Below the pieces are notes generated by a model. That model ran no database searches and had not been told where the DNA came from. It saw nothing but the letters and a program-made list of their open reading frames with translations. 64,000 nucleotides of DNA from Octopus vulgaris. Taxonomy: Eukaryota. Position 1 is the stretch's first letter. Every line of letters starts with the position of its first letter. The DNA lies in NCBI GenBank assembly GCA_951406725.2, contig OX597823.1, forward strand, positions 89,900,001 to 89,964,000, in the 5' to 3' direction. The position numbers and the translations under genes were made by a program. Positions 1 through 64,000 of this stretch are shown piece after piece.

Positions 1-75
1 AATAGGTGAAATACCGCTAAGCTTTTCGTCCAGTATGCTAACGATTCTGCCAGCTCACCACCTTAATGATGACTA

Positions 76-55660
<55,585 letters not shown>

Positions 55661-55769
55661 TCTTTAGTAATTAATGTCTCAGGAAAGAAAGCTTCTTTAT
55701 CCTTATGCTTGAAATTTAAAATATCTCAACAGAATAACTTTATCATTATCATCATGAAATGTCTTATTT

Positions 55770-56182
55770 CTTATTTCTTTACTGTCCACAAGGGACTACA
55801 CACAGAAGGGACAGACGAGGACAGACAAATGGATTAAGGCGATTATATTGATCTCCAGTGCATAACTGGTACTTATTTAATCGACCCCGAAAGGATGAAA
55901 GGCAAAGTTGACCTCGGCGGAATTTGAACTCAGAATGTAACGGCAGACGAAATACCTATTTCTTTACTACCTACAAAGGGGCTAAACACAGAGAGGACAA
56001 ACAGGGACAGACAAACAGATTAAGTCGATTATATCGACCCCAATGCGTAACTGGTACTTATTTAATCGACCCCGAAAGGATGCAAGGCAAAGTCAACCTC
56101 GGTGGAATATAAACTCAGAACGTAGTGGCAGATGAAATACCGCTAAGCATTTCGCCCGGTGTGCTAATGTTTCTGCCAGCTC
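55770..56182 (-). mobile_element. Two tandem/nested SINE family A copies
   Basis: Family core occurs twice, junction near 55956. Confidence 0.85.
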
Positions 56183-56737
56183 ACAACCTATTTTCTATGC
56201 TGGTTGGATGGTTTGACAGGATTCAAGAAGCTAGAGGACTGCTTTGGCATGGTCTCCATACTTGGATGCTCTTCCTAATGCCAATTCTACAGAGTGTACC
56301 AGGTGCTATTTTTGTGGTACCAGCACTAAGTAATTTACAAGACAAAGAAAAAGTTCCCTCAACTGAGTGAAGTGTAGTAGAAAGGAAAGGGTTGAGAGTC
56401 TAAGGTATAATAGAGGAACAGGAACAAGAGCACTGCTTACAAAGAAGGGTTCCAGTCATGGAAATTACAATGCTCAAAGTCATCCTCTTCCTCCTCATCA
56501 TCATCACTTTAGCATTTGCTTTACCATACTTGTATGGGTCAGATGGAGTTTATAGAGGCAGATTTTCTATGGCCAGATGCTCTTCCTGTCATCAACCCCC
56601 GCTTGTTTCCAAGCAAAGGTGATATTTCTCCATGGTTGGACATGTTTTTGTGGAAGATGGAAAATGAAGGACATCGCTTCTCTGAGGGTGACACTCATTT
56701 ACAATTATAACTCAATGTCAGGACAAGGAAACACAAA

Positions 56738-56786
<49 letters not shown>

Positions 56787-57079
56787 CAGGCTTCTTGCAG
56801 TTTCCGTCTATCAAATCCACTCACAAGGCTTTGGGTGGCCCAAGGTATCATGCAATGGGACTGAACCTAAAACTATGTGGTTGGGAAGCAAATGGTTTAA
56901 CCCTAGAGCCATGCCCACACCTTGTCATGCCTTCACCATCCTTCTTTATCTGTTACTGTTATTGTTTAGCCCCAGGTGAATCCTTACCAACCACATATAT
57001 AATCATATATAATGGCACTGTGACTATCTGGTCCTTTTAGGTTTGTGTTGGACTATATAATCTCTCCATGTCTCTCATG

Positions 57080-57660
57080 CAAGATGGTAGGAGTTTTGGC
57101 TGCTATTTCTAACAGGTTGAGCAACCACATAGAGGTTGCCTCATTGTCTAACATTGTTCTTCATTTAGGGCAAGTAGGATGTGATTTGACTGTTATTTCT
57201 AGCAAAGTGAACAACCACATGTAGGCTGCTTTGTTGGGCAATAATTAAGGGTAATAATTAAGGTTGTGAGCTCGCAGAATCGTTAGCACACCGAGTAAAA
57301 AACCTAGGATTTCTTTTGCCCTTATATTTTGAGTTCAAATTACACTGAGGTCAATTTTGCCTTTTGGGGTTGATAAAATAAGTATGAGTTGAACACTGGA
57401 GATGAAGAAATCGACTAACCCCCTTCCCCTCAAATTTCAGGCCGTGTGTCTGTAGTAGAAAGGATTATTTAGGGTAGTAAGGAGTTGAGGAAGATTTAAC
57501 TGCTATTTCTAGCAGATTGAGCAACCACATAGAGGCTGTCTCGTTAGCTTACCTCATTCTTTCTTTATATAGAGGAGTAGGGTATGATTTGAGGGAAATT
57601 TGACTGCTATTTCTAGCAGGTCAGGTCGAGTGACCATATAGAGGCTCCCTCACTGACACG
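57080..57660 (+). repeat. Four clustered copies of a dispersed ~70-bp repeat (GCTATTTCTAGCAG.TTGAGCAACCACATAGAGG)
   Basis: Direct comparison; the same motif occurs at ~520-580, ~59500 and reversed at ~33520, ~34040, ~42650, ~50330. Confidence 0.75.
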
Positions 57661-58354
57661 TTAAAATGTGTGTGGACATGATATGTATGACTGGACGTCA
57701 TTCAAAGCGTCTGGTCAACAAGCTAATCTGTCATTTCCCCCACCCCCCACCCCTCTAAGCAGATCAATACCAATTACACAAATGTCCACTTAGCTTAACA
57801 TAGATTATTGATTCTGCTTAGCCCTTCATTATACAAAACAATTGCTTTCTCTTTATTCCCCTTGCAACACATTCTCATTCCTTTCCTCTTTCTTTAAACC
57901 ATTAACATAACTTTTATTATTATTATTATTATTATTATAATAATTATTATTATTATTATTATTTCTTTCTAGATATTTACTGACAGGAACCATTATTTCT
58001 TTTTTCCCCATTTTCCTTTGTATGTTAAAATGTTGTCTTACACAAACAGCCCCGCTTCCATTCTGTGTAAACATCATCAACACAATATAGCTAATTTATA
58101 CTTGTGTGATGGCTACAAAGTCATAAACTTAATTAAATCCTATGAGCAGAGAGTTGTGTGTGTATGTATGTGTGTGTGTATATGTGTTGTGTCTGAGTGT
58201 GCAAGTATATGTGAATAAGAAAGAGAGAGAGAGAGGCATTTTTTTTTTTACATTGGCACAAAGCCATAAATTAGTCAAGAAAGGATATAGTTGATTAACT
58301 TGAACCTCGATATGTGTATGTATGTGTATATACATATATGTGTGTGTATGTATG

Positions 58355-58387
<33 letters not shown>

Positions 58388-58688
58388 ATGTGTGTGTATG
58401 TAAGTATATATATAGTAATTCTTTTGCCAGCCTTCTCACCTGTGGAATGAAGCAGTGGAATGAAGTGTAAAATTAACCCCAGCAGGGCATTATCTCAATA
58501 TACAAAGGTAAACAACTAAATACTAAAGGCATTATATAATATATGCTGGCCCTTTGCCATTTTTTGCCAACTCCGTTACTCAGCAGGTCAATAAGGTCAT
58601 CCAATATGTTAAAAACAACAGCCAAATCTTTCTGAAATTTCATTCAGTCATCTTAATAAAAAAAAAAAGATAAAAGTGTGTGTAGAAT

Positions 58689-58747
<59 letters not shown>

Positions 58748-59234
58748 CTAACAAATGCTACAGACACATAGACACACACTAACACACATACAAATGCTAT
58801 CAGCACACACATACAGACATCTGCTTCAACTGTGGAATATCTATGGAGTCAGTATTACTTTAAATCAACAGAGTACTAAAATTCATAGTGCTAAAAGCAT
58901 AGACATATCATAAATAGTTGAAAATTGTCTAGCATTGATGGTAGAACTGCTAGAACACATAATTTCAGTGTACATGTGCTTCATCAGTAACAGACATCCA
59001 CTCACCACATCTCAGCCAAATTCCACTGACAAAGAAATGTAGAAAAACAGTGACTTTTGAGTCACTAATGTTGCAAATAACCAGCAGGCTCTTTAAAAAA
59101 TAAACACTAGCAATGGAAGCAGTATTAATACTAATAGCAGTCATTATATCCTACTTAACATAAATGTATTGTTAGAACATTGTAATACTGCAGTATTCAC
59201 CTTGAGAGATCCTCTCATATAAATGCATAGCTCT

Positions 59235-59292
59235 AGTGGTTGGTGGTAGTAGTGATAGTGATGGTGATGGTAGTGGTAGTAGTGGTGGTGGT

Positions 59293-59323
<31 letters not shown>

Positions 59324-59380
59324 GTGGTGGTGGTGGTGGTGGTGGTGGTGGTGGTGGGTGTGGTGGTGGTTGTGGTGGTG
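59235..59380. repeat. (GGT)n/(GTT)n microsatellite
   Basis: Direct observation. Confidence 0.97.
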
Positions 59381-61239
59381 ATATTTAGTTTATGTCAGGT
59401 TCTGATGGAAAAGACATGAAAAACAATTTAATTCAAGCATTGAATGGTTTCTTCATCTAATTTGTTCTTCCACTTTGTAAGATGGTAGTGGGGATGATAT
59501 GAGAGGATTCAGCTGACTTTCTAGCAGATTGATAGACCATGTAAAGGCTCCCTGAAGAATTTAGTTCATCATGTTCTGAGTGCAAGCTCCAGAGATCTAG
59601 AAGACATCTGCTTAACATTGTTCAAGAAGCATGGATCGATATTGCTATATCATTATAGCTGACATGAATGTTGGTTGGTTGATTGATTTCTCCAGTTATG
59701 CTTTACATAGCATATAGAGAGATAATATGAGGTGTAGAATGAATGTCTATACTAGGCTTGGTGGCAGGCAAAGAGTAATGTTACTCACAAACAGAGAGAT
59801 CAAGAATGTAGGAGGAGGTGGTGGTGGTGGTGGAAGAGGGAAGGTGGAGGGGAGGAGGAGGTGTTTATGGTGGAAGAGAGGAGGTGGAGGGGTGGAGAGG
59901 CAGAGGAGGAGGAGGAGGTGGTGGTAGAAGAGGGGAGGAGTCTGAGGAGCCTGAGGAGGAGGAGAAGTTCAAATTTTGCAGAGCTAGGTTTTTAATGGAT
60001 CAAAATGCAATTATGTTGATAAAATTTAGAAAGATAATAGCTTATTTATTGCAAATATACAAATGAGAAATTTGTCTCATTTTATTATATTTTGAAGTAG
60101 TAAATATTTCCCTTTGAAAATTCATCATTTTGCATAAGCACCAAGGTATTTGACAAAAGTTAAGTTATGATTATTGCATGTATGCTTTATTTCCTGGTAT
60201 TACATACAGTGGCAAAAGTATGCTTCTATCTTCTGTTGATGCTGTGAAAGCAGGATTCGAACCCAGAATGTGGAGAACCAAAAGAAATACTGCAGGGTAT
60301 TGTTTCTGACACTCTAACAGTTCTACCAGCTTGTCACTGGTAAATATTTCAGTATAATAATAACGAGGCTATTAATTAATTAATAATAACAGAAACAGTA
60401 TTGATACCAAAAGGTAATATTTAAACAGAATAATGCATTATTTACCATGAGAGGACCTGAAGGCCTCTCATATGGATCTGTGGTGCATAAAAGCAGTGAT
60501 AACATCTGCTGTAGCCACCAGAACTGCCAGATCATATGATTTTACCCTTCCTTGGACTTCTCAATGGCAGATGTATCGCTAGACACAGCAGCTGATTCCC
60601 CCATCAGTGATATATAGAATCTCACTGTCTAATCAGGCACTGGTGTAGTAAATAGCCAGTGGGTTAATTAAAAATAATTAAGAGTAATAGAGGCAGTTTC
60701 AATACCAAAAGGTAGTATTTATCTCCCACTTAAAGTGGATGTTGTGTTAGAACATAAAATACTGTTATTTACCATGAGAGGTCCTCTCATATGGACTTGT
60801 TATACATAAAATCACTTGTGTTTATGAAACTTATTTATATAAAAAACAATACTATACTGTGTATAATTCAATCACCAAAAAGACATTTTATCCTTAAAAA
60901 TTAAAATATGGTTCACTGTAGAGGTCTAATTAGACCAAAACTTGTCTGTAGTTGTCTCCCATATTCACCAAGTATCAAACTGATTCCTTGCCTCTGCACA
61001 CCTCATTGCTTATATCAATTTTAGTATTTAATAAATTCAAGATGGTGAGCTGGCATAATCATTAGCACACTGAACAAAATGTTTAGGGACATTTCATCTG
61101 TCTTTAGATTCTGAGTTCAATTTTGTCTTTCATCCATTTGGGGTCAATAAAATAAGTAACAGTTGAGAACTACAGTTGAATCAACTTACTCCCACCCACA
61201 AAATTACTGGCCTTGTGCCAAAATTTGAAACCAATATTT

Positions 61240-61585
61240 AACAAGAGCATTCATAGAGCACAAGGCAACACCAATGTTCTCTCAACGATTAGCTGGAGAT
61301 GATTTTTAAAATGTGAATATCTGAATAAACTTGACTGCTCACACAAATGAGAATACTGTAAATGAACCTGACCACTCTCAAGAATTAAGTATAAAAAACA
61401 GAAAAATAATCCAGAATCCTTGTCCGGTACCGGATCGATCCCAGAATCAGTTCATGTCAGTCATGAGGCCAAGCATTCCTGAAAGTTTCATCCGAATCCA
61501 TCCAGCAGTTCTTGAGATACCTTGCCCACAAACAAACAAACATGACTGAAAACAATACCTCCACCTTCGCTAAGGTGGAGGTAGT
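61240..61585 (+). mobile_element. Helentron/DINE-like non-autonomous element
   Basis: Starts AACAAGAGC; (ACAA)n tract; ends in perfect hairpin TACCTCCACCTT-CGCT-AAGGTGGAGGTA. Confidence 0.6.
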
Positions 61586-63144
61586 AAGTTTAAAATTCAA
61601 TGAGAAGGAGAAAGAGTGGCAGAGTTTATGGGGAAGATGAAGGAAAATAGGAGTGGGTCAGGAGGAAGGGAGGAGGAGGTGTCAGCCATCTCCAGGCAGA
61701 GATGTTAAATAGGTTCCCTACCCTTTTTTTTTTTAACTTTCTTCCAATTCCTGTTTGTAACAATAATTATAATTTTGCACCCCAATAAAAACTTTTTCGA
61801 TTTTTAATTTTTCCTCTAGCCTCTCAATTATTTTGTTTTTGAATTTTTTTTTGTGGTAGGGGTCTGCATTTAAAAATATGGAGATTATGATCCCCAAAAC
61901 TTTTGTGTTTTTTCTCTTTTTTCAAATTTCAAAACAGATGGCTTACTACAATTTTCCACTTTCTATTGGCAATTTTAAACCAAAAGAATACCCATTTTCT
62001 AATATCCAAGAATGTCCAAGGTATTTGTGTAATACCACTGTATTGACCAGACTATCAGCATTGTTTTAGCCTTCAAATGATGCCACCCTGCTGACCAGGC
62101 TAGCAGACCAACATTCCCCTTGACCAGAAGACTATTCCATCACAAAATTAACCATTTACTGCTGAGCAATGAGCTTTGCTCAAGAACACAATCTGCCACT
62201 TAGTTCAAGAATCAAATCCGCATTCCTGCAATCGTGAGTTCAATACCCTGCCTTCACATATTTGTGTATTACAGACAACATAATAGGATAAGCAAGATAA
62301 AGAACTTCCAGAGTTCAAATATCACTAAGGACAACTTCACCTTTCATACGTTTCATAAAATACAGCACTAAATATTCTTATAAAGCCTTAGAGATGCAAC
62401 TGCAATCCATAGAGAAAACTAAGAAGACTTCACCTATACTCCCAGTAATAGTATCATAACATGTCTACAATTTGTCTTTCATCTCCATTATCATTTTAAT
62501 GTTCACATTTCCATGCTCGCATGGCTCAGATAGATTTTGTTGAGGCAGATTTTCTAAGGCTGGGATGCCACCCTTCCTATCACCAACTCTCACATGCTTC
62601 CAAACAAAGTTCCCTATGGCCAGATCAGAATTTAATAACAACACTTGTATAACAGTGATGCTCATTTACAACCACCATGAGATATCAAAACAAGGAAGGA
62701 ACATGCATGCACACACACACACACACATTTATATAATGGACATCTTTGAGTTTCCATCTGACAAATCCACTCACAAGGCTTTAGTTGGCCTAGGGCTATA
62801 GTAGGAGACACTTACCCAAAGTGCCACTTGGTTGGTCTGAATCTGAGAATATGCATTTGGGAAGTGGACTTCTTCATCACACAACTATGCTTGTTTCTAT
62901 TATTAAGTGTAAAGTCCTCAAACCTGTAGGTCTCATGGAAGCCTTCAGGCAGGGTTCCACCACCATTCTCCTCAACACAGTGCTCTCAGAAAGTATTCTC
63001 TCCACTATTATAACTTATGAATGGTATTAGAGTAAGTCACCAACCCATTCCAAATATCAAATCCATTTTAGTTTGGTGACCTGAGCCGTTGGTGGTGAAC
63101 TATCTCTGCAGGATGTGATAATGATGGCAATAATAATGATAATA

Positions 63145-63182
<38 letters not shown>

Positions 63183-63201
63183 AATAATAATGATAATAAT
63201 G

Positions 63202-63248
<47 letters not shown>

Positions 63249-63249
63249 A

Positions 63250-63720
63250 ACCGTTTAACGTCCATTTTCCATGCTAGCATGGGTTGGATGGTTCGACCGG
63301 GATCTGGGAAGCCAGGTGGTTGCACCAGGCTCCAGTCTGATCTGGCAGTGTTTCTACAGCTGGATGCCTTTCCTAATAGCAACCACCCCGTGAGTGTAGT
63401 GGGTGCTTTTTATATGCCAGCGGCACAGGGGCCTTGGGGAGGCTTGCAACGGCCACAATCAGTTGGTGGTTTTTATGTGTCACTGGCACAGAAGCCAGTC
63501 AAGGTGGTGCTGGCATCAGCCATGTTCGGATGGTGCTTTTTACGTGCCACCTGCACTTTTATCACAACTACAATTTCCATTTGATTTTCATTTTGATGTT
63601 GATGTACTTGACTCAATAGGTCTCCTCAAGCACAGCAGGTCACCCTATGATCAAAGGTACTTTTGAATGGGCTGGGGCTGGTTATGCGAAACTGGTGTAG
63701 GATAAAGCTGTGAACTCACT
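63250..63720 (-). mobile_element. RTE-related element 3' end (same family as 19449-20546)
   Basis: Reverse complement shares the tail and degenerate 59-bp repeats. Confidence 0.75.
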
Positions 63721-64000
63721 TTCTACAAGAGGCACAAAGTCAGAAATTTAGGAGAGTGGGGCTTGTTGATTGTTTTGACCCCAGTGCTCAACTGGCATTT
63801 ATTTTATTGACCCTAAAAGGATGAAAGGTAAAGTTGGCCTCAGTGGAATTTGAACCCAAAATGTAATGAGTCAGAAGAAACTACTAAGCATTTCGTCCAT
63901 CATGTATATGATTCTGCCAGCTCTACATCCAAATAATAATGATGATAGTAATGAGTGTATTGTATACAGTACAGGAGTGCAGTACAACTCATTGGCAGTG

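Noticed and set aside
59001-59030. ATGTG|GTGAGT strong donor as first coding exon
   Set aside because: Phase 2 gives an immediate stop with either exon-2 acceptor; could only be non-coding.

Overview
AT-rich, microsatellite- and SINE-dense eukaryotic genomic DNA. The repeat families look like those of octopod cephalopods (inference). The window is almost entirely the 5' half of one minus-strand gene, an axonemal inner-arm dynein heavy chain (DNAH7 orthologue). I hand-spliced 24 phase-compatible GT-AG coding exons (53281 to 178) plus a tentative start micro-exon (55651-55660), giving about 1348 codons from the N-terminal tail through the linker into AAA1 (Walker A GPAGTGKT); the gene continues past position 1. 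The introns hold decayed mariner and maT (DD37D) transposons, Helitron/Helentron, piggyBac and pogo MITEs, RTE/Tx1/CR1/R4 LINE fragments, solo-LTR-like elements and several tRNA-derived SINE families. The most unusual signals are RNA-structural: several hammerhead-ribozyme-shaped motifs (one with a G3-C8 core swap), two copies of a structured RTE 5' leader, and a series of near-perfect foldbacks close to exons that are candidate dsRNA/ADAR substrates. No prokaryotic systems or CRISPR arrays are supported.
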